Positions 53,734-63,335 of a stretch of 64,000 nt of DNA are shown piece after piece. Position 1 is the first letter of the stretch; every line of letters starts with the position of its first letter. Position numbers and translations under genes: made by a program. Origin of the DNA: an uncultured delta proteobacterium (lineage in GTDB: Bacteria; Desulfobacterota; Binatia; Binatales; Binataceae). The notes under the pieces were generated by a model that saw nothing but the letters and a program-made list of their open reading frames with translations, was not told the origin of the DNA and searched no databases. Location of the stretch: assembly GCA_963724765.1 (NCBI GenBank), contig CAVRVY010000004.1, forward strand, positions 416,001-480,000. The letters run 5' to 3'.

Positions 53734-54442
53734 CTAATCCTGCGCCGCAGCCTCGGCCAGCGCCAGCGTGCGCGCGAGCGCGCCCAGCCGCGTATGCATC
53801 CGCAGCGTGACGAAACGCAGGCATAAAATCCAGATGTAGAGCGCGGTAAACGCGGCGAGCGAGACCAGCAGCGTCGCGACCATCCGCGGGTCTTCGAGCC
53901 CGTGGCCGCCCTGGCGAGTGACCAGCACCGCGGGATGGATCGTGCGCCACAGCCGCACCGAGACAATCACAATCGGCACGTCGATAGCGGCGACGATTCC
54001 CACCACCGCGCCGAAGCGCGCGCCCTGCTCCGAATCGCCGGCCATCGCGCGCAGCATCAGGTACCCGCCATACAGCAGCCACAGGATTAGCGTGGTCGTC
54101 AGGCGCGAGTCCCAGGTCCACCATGCACCCCAGATAGGCTTGGCCCAAATCGAGCCCGTGATCAGCACCAGCGTGCAGAAGACCATCCCGGTCTCGGCGG
54201 CGGCGTAGCCAAGGTCGTCCCACACCTGCTGCGCCGAGCCACAGGTAAAAAATCCCGGCGATCGCCACCAGCGCGAAGGAGACGAACGCGACCCACGCGC
54301 AGGGCACGTGGAAGTAGAAGATGCGCTGCACGATTCCCTGGTCGGCCTCGGTCGGCACGTAGACGAATACCATGTAGAGCGCCGCGAGCATCAGCGCCAG
54401 CGTGAGGAGGCCGAGTCCGAGCCTGACTGCGCGGCCGTTCAT
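53734..54442 (-). pseudogene. ccmC: Heme exporter CcmC interrupted by a +1 frameshift near 54232-54235 (or a sequence error)
   Basis: N-terminal frame RIFYFHVPCAW ends at LWLG; C-terminal frame carries WAKPIWGAWWTWDSRLT and RTIHP; sequence CTC GGC G CAG CAG GTG TGG has one extra base. Confidence 0.85.
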
Positions 54443-55116
54443 TCACTCTCCCCCGCAACATATTCGAACAGCAGGTAGCCGGCGGCGACGAACATCACGT
54501 CGAAAGCGACCAGCACCTTGAGCCACACCGCAAGATCGCCGAGCGGCGCGCCGCCGAGCGCCGACGCGCTCGCCTTGACCCCGGCGATAAGCGCCGGCAC
54601 GAACATCGGCACCGCCAGCAGCGGCAGCACCAGGTCGCCGCCGCGCAGGCGCGAGGAAATCGCGGCGAGCAGGGTCGCCAGCGCGGCGAAGCCAAGCGCG
54701 CCGAGCAGCACCGCTGGCACCAGGCGGATCACGCGCGCGTCGAACTCGAGATTGAAAAACAGCACCATCAGGATGATCGAGGCGGCCTCGGCCACGGCCA
54801 TGAAGATGAAGGCCGCGGCGAGCTTCGCCGCATAGAGCGCGGCGCGATCGAGCGGGCTCAGCAGCAGCGCCCGAATACAGCCGTTTTCGTTCTCGGCGCT
54901 GACCGCGCGCGTCGCCCCCAGCATCCCCGAGAACACCAGTGCGACCCAAAGCGCGCCGGCCGCGGCCTCAACGCCCTGCTCGCCGCCGCCGGAGTTAAAC
55001 GCGAACACCAGCACCACCAGCACCAGCAGCGAAAGCGCGCCGAGCGCGACCGTGCTCTGCCCGCCGCGCACTTCGAGCAGCAGGTCCTTGCGCAAGACCG
55101 CGACTAAGGAGGTCAT
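54439..55116 (-). CDS. ccmB: Heme exporter permease CcmB
   Basis: RKDLLLE, ALW, ENENG, LLLSP, LPLLAVP; multiple TM helices. Confidence 0.9.
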   Translation of the reverse strand: MTSLVAVLRKDLLLEVRGGQSTVALGALSLLVLVVLVFAFNSGGGEQGVEAAAGALWVALVFSGMLGATRAVSAENENGCIRALLLSPLDRAALYAAKLAAAFIFMAVAEAASIILMVLFFNLEFDARVIRLVPAVLLGALGFAALATLLAAISSRLRGGDLVLPLLAVPMFVPALIAGVKASASALGGAPLGDLAVWLKVLVAFDVMFVAAGYLLFEYVAGESE

Positions 55117-55159
55117 CTTGATCCCCCGAATCTCACGAGTCTCACGAACCTCACGAGCG

Positions 55160-55864
55160 TCATGAAACCTGCCGCGCGAGCGGCGGACGCGCCGCGCTCT
55201 GCCGCGCTGCGGACGCCTGCACGCGCACGAGCCTGCCGCGGCTAAGCGTGAGGACCGCGAACCCCAGATCCTCCAGCGCGCCCGCGGAATGCGCGCTCGC
55301 CAGCACGGCGCATCCACGGCCCATCGCTTCGCGCACCAGCGCCGCGGCGAGCGCGGCGCCGTCGGCGTCGAGCGCCGCGAACGGTTCGTCGAGCATCAAC
55401 ACGTCGGGCCGCGCGAGCATCGCACGCGCGAGCGCGAGCCGCTGCTCCATCCCGCGCGAAAACCCGCGCACCCGCGCGTCAGCGGCGGCGCCGAGCGCGA
55501 CCCGCTCCAGCCATTCGGTAGCCGCCGCGCGCGAGCCCTCGACCCCGTAGAGCGTCGCGTAGAATTCCAGGTTCTCGCGCGCGGTCAGGTTGGGATACAG
55601 CATGCTCTGATGGCTCAGCAGGCCGAAGCGGCGGCGCAGCACCGGCTTGAGCGAGCGCGCCGGTTCACCGAAAAGCAGCGCCTCCCCGAGGCTTGGCGCC
55701 GAGAGGCCGGCGAGCAGCCGGATGAGAGTCGACTTTCCCGCGCCGTTGACGCCGACAATGGCGGCGCCGCAACCTGCTTCGACGCTTAAGTTTACGTCGC
55801 GCAGAACTGGCGCATGACCGAAACTCTTGCCCAGCGCGCGCGCCTCGATAAGCGCCGCTGTCAT
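55160..55864 (-). CDS. ccmA: Heme ABC exporter ATPase CcmA
   Basis: GVNGAGKST, LTARENL, FSRGMEQRL, LDEPF. Confidence 0.9.
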   Translation of the reverse strand: MTAALIEARALGKSFGHAPVLRDVNLSVEAGCGAAIVGVNGAGKSTLIRLLAGLSAPSLGEALLFGEPARSLKPVLRRRFGLLSHQSMLYPNLTARENLEFYATLYGVEGSRAAATEWLERVALGAAADARVRGFSRGMEQRLALARAMLARPDVLMLDEPFAALDADGAALAAALVREAMGRGCAVLASAHSAGALEDLGFAVLTLSRGRLVRVQASAARQSAARPPLARQVS

Positions 55865-56382
55865 CGATCGGCCCGCGCCGCGGCGCGCGCCGATCCGGAA
55901 AGCGGCGCGCCGCATTCGCTGCAGAAGTTTCCCGCCGCGACCTCGACACCGCATTGCGGGCAGAAGCGGATACGCACGGCGGCGGGCGAAGCCGCAGGCG
56001 CCGCCGCCGACGCGGCTGCGGGTTTGACCAGCCGCGGACGCGTCGCGGCCGCCTCCGGCGCAGACGCGACGGCAGTCCCGCCGGCGGAGGCCGGCACGGC
56101 TGAGGTCGCGCGCAGGCGCTCGAGCGCGGCGCTCGCGCCGAGCGCGCGCGCCATCAGGCCCTCGCGCAGCGCCGCGTAGTCGGCCTCGGAGAGCTTGCCC
56201 ATCTCGCGATCGAACTCCAGCTCGCGCAGCCCCTGCATCGCGAGCGCCCGCTCATGTTCGAGCCGCTCGGCCTCGGCCGCAACGCGGCCGGCGCGCCGGG
56301 TCGCCAGCAAGCCGCCGCCCAACGGCGCCGCGACGAACAGCGCCACGCTCGCGACGATCAGCACCGCGGCCAGATAGAGCAC
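55861..56382 (-). CDS. CcmI-like membrane protein with C-terminal zinc ribbon
   Basis: TM helix, LRELEFDREMGKLSEADY, FCPQCG...FCSECG; GTG start just after the ccmH stop. Confidence 0.72.
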   Translation of the reverse strand: MLYLAAVLIVASVALFVAAPLGGGLLATRRAGRVAAEAERLEHERALAMQGLRELEFDREMGKLSEADYAALREGLMARALGASAALERLRATSAVPASAGGTAVASAPEAAATRPRLVKPAAASAAAPAASPAAVRIRFCPQCGVEVAAGNFCSECGAPLSGSARAAARADR

Positions 56383-56384
56383 GG

Positions 56385-56945
56385 TCAGAGACGCTCCCGC
56401 AGTTCGCGTTCGAGCTGCTCGCGGAGAGCCGAATCGGACTTGTCGGATTTGTCTGATTTGCCGGAATTGTCGGAGCTGCCCGAGCCTGAATCGTTCGGCG
56501 ATTGCGGGGTCGAGGATGGTCCGCCGCGCCAGCGTCCCATCATCAGGACGACCAGGCCGCCGCCAACTATCAGCGCCACGAAGGGCATCGTCCAGGCGAG
56601 CAGGTTGAAGCCCTGCGTGGTCGGCGCGGAAAGAATCTTCTCGCCATACTGCTTGCGGAAGTAGGCGATTATCTCGGCGCGGCCCATCCCGTGCGCGAGC
56701 ATCGTGTCGATATGCTCGCGCATCGGCACCGAGAAGCTGCAATTGGGATGATTGCAGTTGGCGACCGTCAGGCCGCATCCGCACTGGCAGGTCAGCCCCT
56801 CGGCGATTTCACGCCCGCCGGCAGCGGCCGCTCGCGCCGGGCGTATAGGCGCCACCACCAGCGTCACGGCCAGCACGGCCGTCAGCGCCAACGCGGCAAC
56901 CGCCGTGACCAGCGCCACGTCGGCGAATCTCTTTGCGGCGTTCAC
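56385..56945 (-). CDS. ccmH: CcmH-like cytochrome c biogenesis protein (Cys-rich variant)
   Basis: LTCQCGC...CNHPNC, EIIAYFRKQYGEKILSAP, NLLAWTMP. Confidence 0.8.
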   Translation of the reverse strand: MNAAKRFADVALVTAVAALALTAVLAVTLVVAPIRPARAAAAGGREIAEGLTCQCGCGLTVANCNHPNCSFSVPMREHIDTMLAHGMGRAEIIAYFRKQYGEKILSAPTTQGFNLLAWTMPFVALIVGGGLVVLMMGRWRGGPSSTPQSPNDSGSGSSDNSGKSDKSDKSDSALREQLERELRERL

Positions 56946-56949
56946 CGGC

Positions 56950-58959
56950 TCAATCGCCTCCGGGCACGGGTTCGGCGCCAAGCGCCTCATCGCGGCCGAG
57001 CGCCGCAGCCATCGCGGCGCGCTCGCGCACGTTGGGCCACATCACGACCACCGTGCCGATCGCCATCATCAGGCCGCCCGCCCACAGCCAGAAAACCAGC
57101 GGTGTGAGAAAAACCTCGAAAGTGGCAAGCCCGCTCTGATCGTCGACCCCGGCCAGCACGACATAGAGGTCCGCGAGCGGCGTCGAGCGAATCGCGACGC
57201 GCGTGGCGGGCTGTTGCGGGCGTTTGTAGAAGAGCTTGGCCGGCTCCATCGTGGCGATCTCACGTCCGCCGCTGCGCACGTCGAGGCGCGCGCGCAAGTC
57301 TTCGAGATGCGCGTTCTCGACGCCGTTCAGTCCGAGGTAGGTTAACTCATACGCGCCAATACTGAAGCTCTGTCCGGTGCGCACGCTGCGTTTGACCTCG
57401 GTCCTGAAGAACGACGAGGCGACGATTCCAACGAAGGCGAAAACCACTCCCAGGTGGATGATATAGCCGCCGTAACGGCGGTTGTTCTTGGCCACAAGAT
57501 TGACCAGTGCGCGCGCCGGAGTTTCATGCACCAGATGGCGCCGCGCGCTTACGCCGCGGCGGAACTCGACCAATACGGTGCCGAGCGCGAACGCCGCCAG
57601 CGAAAGCGCGGTCAGCACGTACCATTGCCGCAGGCCCATCGCGAATACGACCACCCCGGCGCCCACGCCCATCGTGATCGGCGCGAGGAACGTGCGCAAT
57701 AGCGTCTGCGGCGAGGTGCGCCGCCAGGCAATCAGCGGCCCCACGCCCATCAGGAAAACTAGGCCGAGCGCGAGCGGACCGTTGACCTTGTCGAAGAAGG
57801 GCGGCCCGACGGTTATCTTGACCCCGCGCACCGCTTCCGAGATCACCGGGAAAACCGTGCCCCAGAAGACCGCGAATGCGATTCCGACCAGCATCAGGTT
57901 GTTGAACAGAAACGCGGCCTCGCGCGAGAGATAGGACTCGAACTCGGCCGGGCTTTTCAAATCCTTGACGCGGCTCACCAAGAGCGCCGTGTAGCCGGCG
58001 ACGACCACGATCAGGAAGGTCAGGAAGTATGGCCCGAGGCCGGATTGGGTGAACGAATGGACCGAGGAAATCACCCCGCTGCGGGTCAGAAAAGTGCCGA
58101 ACAGCGTGAGCATGAAGGCCATCCCGATGAGCGCCAGGTTCCATACCTTCAGCATGTCCTTGCGCTCCTGGATCATCACCGAGTGCAGGTAGGCCGTCAT
58201 CACCAGCCATGGCATGAAGGCTGCGTTCTCGACCGGGTCCCACGCCCAGTAACCGCCCCAGCCCAGGACCTCGTAGGCCCAGCGCGCGCCGAACAGATTG
58301 CCGAGCGTTAGAAAGAACCACGAGAAAATCGCCCAGCGCCGCGTGGTGCGAATCCATCCGTCGTCGAGCTTGCGCGTGATGAGCGCGCCGCAAGCGAACG
58401 CGAACGGTACCGCGGCGCTGACGTAGCCCGTGTATAGCGACGGCGGATGGATCGCCATCCAGTAGTTTTGCAACAGCGGATTTAGGTCGGAGCCATCAGG
58501 CGGCACGGTCGCCAGCAGGTCGAACGGGCGCGTGACGAAATTCAGCATCCCGAGAAAGAAAATCGCAACTCCGGCCAGCACGATAAGGGCCCACGGAGTG
58601 ATCTCGGGATTGCGCCGGCGGTTCTGGAAGATCGCGACCGAGGTGAAAATCGAGAGCAGCCAGGTCCAGAACAGCAGCGAGCCCTGCTGCCCGCCCCACA
58701 GCGCCGCGAACTTGTACTGAATCGGAAGTGTAACGCTGGAGTACGAGGCTACGTACTCTAGCGAGAAATCGCTGGTGAGAAGGCATGTCCACAGCACGGC
58801 GACCGCGACCGTCACCATCGCGCACATCGCCCACAACGCATGGCGGGCACTGAGCAGCAGGTCGGGCGAGTTGCGGCGGATGCCAAGCAGATTAGCGCCG
58901 ATCGAATAGACCGCGACCATCAGGGCGAGGGCGAGAGCGAGCTGACCTATGAGCGGCAT
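56950..58959 (-). CDS. ccmF: Heme lyase CcmF
   Basis: WGGQQGSLL, NPLLQ, HPP, WAYEVLGWGGYWAWDPVEN, RSGVISSVHSF. Confidence 0.96.
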   Translation of the reverse strand: MPLIGQLALALALMVAVYSIGANLLGIRRNSPDLLLSARHALWAMCAMVTVAVAVLWTCLLTSDFSLEYVASYSSVTLPIQYKFAALWGGQQGSLLFWTWLLSIFTSVAIFQNRRRNPEITPWALIVLAGVAIFFLGMLNFVTRPFDLLATVPPDGSDLNPLLQNYWMAIHPPSLYTGYVSAAVPFAFACGALITRKLDDGWIRTTRRWAIFSWFFLTLGNLFGARWAYEVLGWGGYWAWDPVENAAFMPWLVMTAYLHSVMIQERKDMLKVWNLALIGMAFMLTLFGTFLTRSGVISSVHSFTQSGLGPYFLTFLIVVVAGYTALLVSRVKDLKSPAEFESYLSREAAFLFNNLMLVGIAFAVFWGTVFPVISEAVRGVKITVGPPFFDKVNGPLALGLVFLMGVGPLIAWRRTSPQTLLRTFLAPITMGVGAGVVVFAMGLRQWYVLTALSLAAFALGTVLVEFRRGVSARRHLVHETPARALVNLVAKNNRRYGGYIIHLGVVFAFVGIVASSFFRTEVKRSVRTGQSFSIGAYELTYLGLNGVENAHLEDLRARLDVRSGGREIATMEPAKLFYKRPQQPATRVAIRSTPLADLYVVLAGVDDQSGLATFEVFLTPLVFWLWAGGLMMAIGTVVVMWPNVRERAAMAAALGRDEALGAEPVPGGD

Positions 58960-58966
58960 TTCACTT

Positions 58967-59410
58967 TCACCTGGCCTGCTTGGGAACGTACTTCGACGGA
59001 CACGAAGTAAGCACCTGGCGGGCCTCGATCGTGCCATCGGCGGCAAGCCGCCCCTCGACGATCACGTCGCGTCCGGCCGCGAACATATCGGGCTTGGGCT
59101 CGCCGCGCGCGACCACCCGGAATTCGGCCGACTCCGCGGCGGTCACCGGTTTGACGGGCGAGCCGTCAGGATTGGGCGGCGAGACCATCGCGAAGCCGAG
59201 GGTCAGCGTTGCGGGGTCCCAGCTGATCGTGCCGGCCTTGACTCGTCCGGCTACCCGCAGCATCTGGCCGCTCAGTTGGGCCTGGCGGGCGCCGACCTCG
59301 TTGACCGTGAGGTAATACTCGGACGTGTTACGGACGGCCGTGGTGATGAGGTAGCCGATGGCGAGCACGATGAGGCCCGCCCCGATCACAAAACGCAACT
59401 TCGAGGGCAT
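58967..59410 (-). CDS. ccmE: Heme chaperone CcmE, CxxxY variant
   Basis: YYLTV, LRVAGRV, PDMF, VIVEG, C-terminal LTSCPSKY. Confidence 0.9.
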   Translation of the reverse strand: MPSKLRFVIGAGLIVLAIGYLITTAVRNTSEYYLTVNEVGARQAQLSGQMLRVAGRVKAGTISWDPATLTLGFAMVSPPNPDGSPVKPVTAAESAEFRVVARGEPKPDMFAAGRDVIVEGRLAADGTIEARQVLTSCPSKYVPKQAR

Positions 59411-59699
59411 CGAGTTCTCTTATCCGTCAACCTGAACTATTGCCGGGACTACCGCGCGACTATCGCCAACCCCGGGCTATCGCGCAAGGGTATCCGCTGG
59501 CCGCGCCGGCAACAGAGGCTACGCTCGACAGCCAGATTGTTCCAACGGACCGCCCAATTGTTGCCGAGCGCGGCCGTTTCAAGCAAGCCCGCCTCGCGCG
59601 AAACAGGGCGTCCGGGGCGGAAATTACAGAAATTTCAGCATTTAGGGGTCTCGGATGACCCGGCGCGAATCCGCCGGCGAGCTAGAGGAGCGTAGAGCA

Positions 59700-60575
59700 A
59701 TGCCCCCCACTGAGTGCACCATACTCACACTTAACCTCTTCCACGATCTGCCGATGTACCGCCACCTGGAGCGCCGCTGCGAGCTCATCGCCAAAGCTCT
59801 CGCCGTGCGCCGCCCGCACGTGGCCGCGCTCCAGGAGGTGGTGCGGTCAACCGGCTCGGGCGACATCGGCGCCAGAATCCGCGACCGCCTCAACCGGCTC
59901 TGTGGCGGCGAGGTATACCGGCTCGACTATGTGGTGGCCGACGGCGCCGGCGACGGTGAGTTCTCTTTCGATGAAGGCGTCGCGCTGCTCAGCCGCCTCG
60001 AGACCGACGGCCCGGCAGAGTCGTTCAAGTATCGCGCGCAGATCGAGATGACAACCGAAGTCGCCGGGCATCGCTACCGCTTGCCGGACAACCGGGTCGC
60101 GGTTCGCCGGCGGTTTCGGCTGAAGGGCGGCGCCAAACTCGACTTTTATGTCTCGCATCTGACGGACCGGCCGGAATGCATCGATGGAGTCGCGGTGCGG
60201 ACGATGCAGGCGCGCGAGCTCGCCGGATGGGCGGCGGCGGGCAGTGGCGCCGAGACCGTGATATTGGCGGGCGACTTCAACGACCTTCCAGACTCGGAGA
60301 CTATCGCGGGCCTCAAACGCGCCGGCTTCATCGATCTGCACGAAGCCTTCGGCCGCGGCCCCGGCTATACGAACGATCGCAACGATATCGATCTGAACGC
60401 CGAAATTCCCACGCACAACCAGCGTATCGACTACCTGATGATGCGTCAGGCGAGCGGAGAGGCCGCCGAGGTGACGGAAGTGGGACTGTTCGCCGACCGG
60501 CCGCATCGCGAGGGCGACGGCACATGGCTGTGGCGGTCGGATCATATCGGGGTGGTCGCAACGCTCCGGCTGTAG
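59700..60575 (+). CDS. Endonuclease/exonuclease/phosphatase family protein
   Basis: LTLNL, ALQEV, ALLSR, SHL, LAGDFN, RIDYL, SDH; GAGGAG RBS. Confidence 0.88.
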   Translation: MPPTECTILTLNLFHDLPMYRHLERRCELIAKALAVRRPHVAALQEVVRSTGSGDIGARIRDRLNRLCGGEVYRLDYVVADGAGDGEFSFDEGVALLSRLETDGPAESFKYRAQIEMTTEVAGHRYRLPDNRVAVRRRFRLKGGAKLDFYVSHLTDRPECIDGVAVRTMQARELAGWAAAGSGAETVILAGDFNDLPDSETIAGLKRAGFIDLHEAFGRGPGYTNDRNDIDLNAEIPTHNQRIDYLMMRQASGEAAEVTEVGLFADRPHREGDGTWLWRSDHIGVVATLRL

Positions 60576-60603
60576 GCGCTGGATAGCACCGCGATGCTGA
60601 CGC

Positions 60604-61449
60604 CTATTGCGCTTCATCGTCCGACTCGCCCGCTTCGCCCGCGGCGCGCGGGCCGAAGGCGACCCCGCGGCGCGCAGTGCGGATGAACTCGACCATCTCG
60701 GCGACCTCGGGCGTCATCGGGCCCGCGGCCGCCAACTCTTCGATCGCAAGCTTGAGATTGCGCCGCTCGCCGAAAAGCGTCTTGAAGGCGTGGCGCAGCG
60801 CGGTGATCGAGCGCGCGTCGATACCGGCGCGCTTCAGCCCCACGGCGTTTATCCCGCGCAGCGTATGAGTCAGGTCGGCGATGCAAAACGGCGGGATATC
60901 GCGGCTGGTGCGGCTCATCCCGCGCATCATCGCGAGCCGCCCGATCCTGACGAACTGATGCACCACGCAGTTGCCCGAAACCAGCGCCCGGTCGCCGACC
61001 TCGACCCATCCCGCGAGCAACGCGCCGCCGCCGATGATCGCCGAGTTGCCGACCCGGCAGTCATGCGCGACGTGCGCGTTCTGCATCAGGAAGTTGTCGT
61101 CACCGATGATCGTGATATCACCGCGCTCGCTGCCGCGATGCACCGTCACGCCCTCGCGAAAGACGTTGCGCGCGCCGATCCGCACGCGGCGCGGACCGCC
61201 GCTATAGGCGAGGTCCTGCGGCTCGCCGCCGATGACCGCGTTGGGATGAAGCACGTTGGCCTCGCCCATCTCGACGTCGCCCAGGATGGTGACGTGGCCG
61301 ATAAGCCGCGTGCGCGCGCCGATCCGGATCGCGCCGTCGAGCAGACAAAACGGTCCGATCTCGACCCCCGGCGCAAGCTCGACCACGGGGCCGACCACGG
61401 CGCTTGGATGGACCCGGGGCGGCAGCGGCGCGTCGTGCTCAACGTTCAA
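60604..61449 (-). CDS. lpxA: LpxA-family acyltransferase, divergent stand-alone paralog
   Basis: Hexapeptide repeats, PQDL, FREGVTVHRG, NAHVAHDC, VHQFVRIG, GINAVGLKR. Confidence 0.85.
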   Translation of the reverse strand: MNVEHDAPLPPRVHPSAVVGPVVELAPGVEIGPFCLLDGAIRIGARTRLIGHVTILGDVEMGEANVLHPNAVIGGEPQDLAYSGGPRRVRIGARNVFREGVTVHRGSERGDITIIGDDNFLMQNAHVAHDCRVGNSAIIGGGALLAGWVEVGDRALVSGNCVVHQFVRIGRLAMMRGMSRTSRDIPPFCIADLTHTLRGINAVGLKRAGIDARSITALRHAFKTLFGERRNLKLAIEELAAAGPMTPEVAEMVEFIRTARRGVAFGPRAAGEAGESDDEAQ

Positions 61450-61631
61450 TGGAGGAGCTTCTTCTTGAGATCGTCAGGATGCTCGCGGTCCTCGACCGCG
61501 CCGCCGGCCACCCGATAGTCCTCGCCCGCCCACTTCCCGAGGTCAAGCATCTGGCATCGCTCGGAACAGAACGGCCGGAAGCGGTTGGCAGGCGCCATCT
61601 CAGCCGGCCTTTTGCAAATCGGACACCGCAT
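61446..61631 (-). CDS. yacG: DNA gyrase inhibitor YacG
   Basis: CPICK...PFCSERCQMLDLGKW. Confidence 0.92.
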   Translation of the reverse strand: MRCPICKRPAEMAPANRFRPFCSERCQMLDLGKWAGEDYRVAGGAVEDREHPDDLKKKLLH

Positions 61632-61698
61632 CGCGATCTACCCGAATCGAAAAATTGCCAGATAGGCGCGCGGCGCGCAAATCGTCACGCGCAAATCG

Positions 61699-62349
61699 TC
61701 AGTAGATATCCGATTGACGGCAACGGTCGGTTCCGCCGACCGGCCTGAAACCCGCCGAACGATAGTCGAACACCACGCGCTCGGTGTAGCAGAAGGGCTC
61801 TGCGCTGACGCCTTTGTATTCGGCGCGCACATGGAGCATCAGTCTCTCCTTGCCGGTGACTACGGATTTGTAAGTGTCCACCGGGAAATAGACGTAGAAA
61901 AAATGCGGCACGCCGGGTGAAAGCACACCCGCTGAAACCGAGGACATTTCGTTGGGTCTATCGGCAATACGCTTGCCGTCGGCAAGCGCGACTACGGTGA
62001 TGATCGCGCCGCTGGCCGGAATTCTGCCGAAATTGCGATATTCAACGACGGCCCGCGGATTGGGCGTGTCGCCTTGCTCAAAGGTGACGCCCTCGAGGCC
62101 GACGAACGGCCGTTCCTCGAGGGCGAAGATGTGCGAGGTCACCTGCTCCGTGCGCCACGCTGCGTATGCGCTGAACGCGGTCGCGGCCACCATCAGCAGC
62201 GCCATGAAGTCGGCAAAGCGCAAAACCCTGGTCAGCCGTCTCATCAGCGACTTTTCGGCCGAGGTCAATTGCTCGGTCGCAGCAGGCGCTGGCGCATCGC
62301 CTCGCGGGTCGGACTGATGCTGTCGCGCCGGATGCTTGTGCTCGCTCAT
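61699..62349 (-). CDS. Membrane-anchored hypothetical protein
   Basis: Single TM helix, ERPFV, NFGRIPA; GGAGG RBS. Confidence 0.7.
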   Translation of the reverse strand: MSEHKHPARQHQSDPRGDAPAPAATEQLTSAEKSLMRRLTRVLRFADFMALLMVAATAFSAYAAWRTEQVTSHIFALEERPFVGLEGVTFEQGDTPNPRAVVEYRNFGRIPASGAIITVVALADGKRIADRPNEMSSVSAGVLSPGVPHFFYVYFPVDTYKSVVTGKERLMLHVRAEYKGVSAEPFCYTERVVFDYRSAGFRPVGGTDRCRQSDIY

Positions 62350-62415
62350 TGGATCAGGAACCTCCGCCCCTACCCCGTTGCATCGCCCGCACCATAACGC
62401 TTTCTGTTCCCTGTG

Positions 62416-62441
62416 GGAACTTTCAAAACCCTTCCAACGTT
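62416..62441 (+). promoter_or_regulatory. Candidate ECF sigma promoter
   Basis: GGAACT-N16-CGTT 45 bp upstream of ATG 62487. Confidence 0.5.
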
Positions 62442-62486
62442 GACTCTTCGGTTTGTCGACTCATAACTTCGGGAGGAGAGACAGTT

Positions 62487-63005
62487 ATGAAGAGTTTCAT
62501 CAGATACGGTCTGGCTGTGGCGATTGTGTTCGCGACAGCAATGCCCGCGATGGCCAGGACGATGGCCAAGAGCTGGGACGTATGTGTGGACCTGGCCCAG
62601 GCGAACCTCGCGACGGGCAGCAACGGCGACCTCTTCTCGGCCGCGGGGCCTGTATTCCCCGAGGGCACGCTTTCGGACACCGTAGCGACCACAGCCTGCC
62701 CGACCAGCGGCGCGGTCGGAACATTCTTCGCCACCGGTGGCTCAGTGTCGGGACAGCCCGGAACCAGCGCGAACGATGTCTTCATGGTGCAGTGGCATTT
62801 CAGGATCAACGGCCAGGGCGCCTTCGATACTATGGGCCCAGTTGAGAGCACGTCGCCCTATCCCCAGACAATCGTCGGCTCGAGCAACAGGCATTTCGTT
62901 CCGTCCAACGGCACAGCGCAGGTAACCACCCTGCCCTCGCCGGCAACGATCGACGCTTTCAGGATCACCACGCCCGAGCACGGCAACAATGGCAAACATC
63001 ACTGA
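62487..63005 (+). CDS. Secreted beta-rich hypothetical protein
   Basis: GGAGGAG RBS, signal peptide ending PAMA, two Cys. Confidence 0.72.
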   Translation: MKSFIRYGLAVAIVFATAMPAMARTMAKSWDVCVDLAQANLATGSNGDLFSAAGPVFPEGTLSDTVATTACPTSGAVGTFFATGGSVSGQPGTSANDVFMVQWHFRINGQGAFDTMGPVESTSPYPQTIVGSSNRHFVPSNGTAQVTTLPSPATIDAFRITTPEHGNNGKHH

Positions 63006-63292
63006 TAAAGCCTTTGGGTTGATGCGCTCGGTGTGCTGAACTTTACCGGATGACCCGGCATCACACCCGGCCTCACATCTTATGCGCTCCGTCCGTGGCC
63101 TCGCGGTCACCGGCGGAGCTTTCTTTCATGGAGGCGCGAGACTGAAATGATGCGTCTGACGATTGTCGGTCGGCATCAGGGCTCGCGGTCAGCATCCTTG
63201 CCCGCATCGTGGCGCGCCGCTTCGCGCTGGGCGTCACGCGCGTATAACTCAAGCTCTGAGCGGCATGCCGAAATTTGACAGCCCAATCGATA

Positions 63293-63333
63293 ATGCCGGG
63301 CGGTGAGCCCGAGGTGCCCACCGCCCGAGGCAT
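63293..63333 (-). terminator. Hairpin after the DUF1329 gene
   Basis: ATGCCGGGCGGTGAGC...GCCCACCGCCCGAGGCAT. Confidence 0.5.
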
Positions 63334-63335
63334 CG

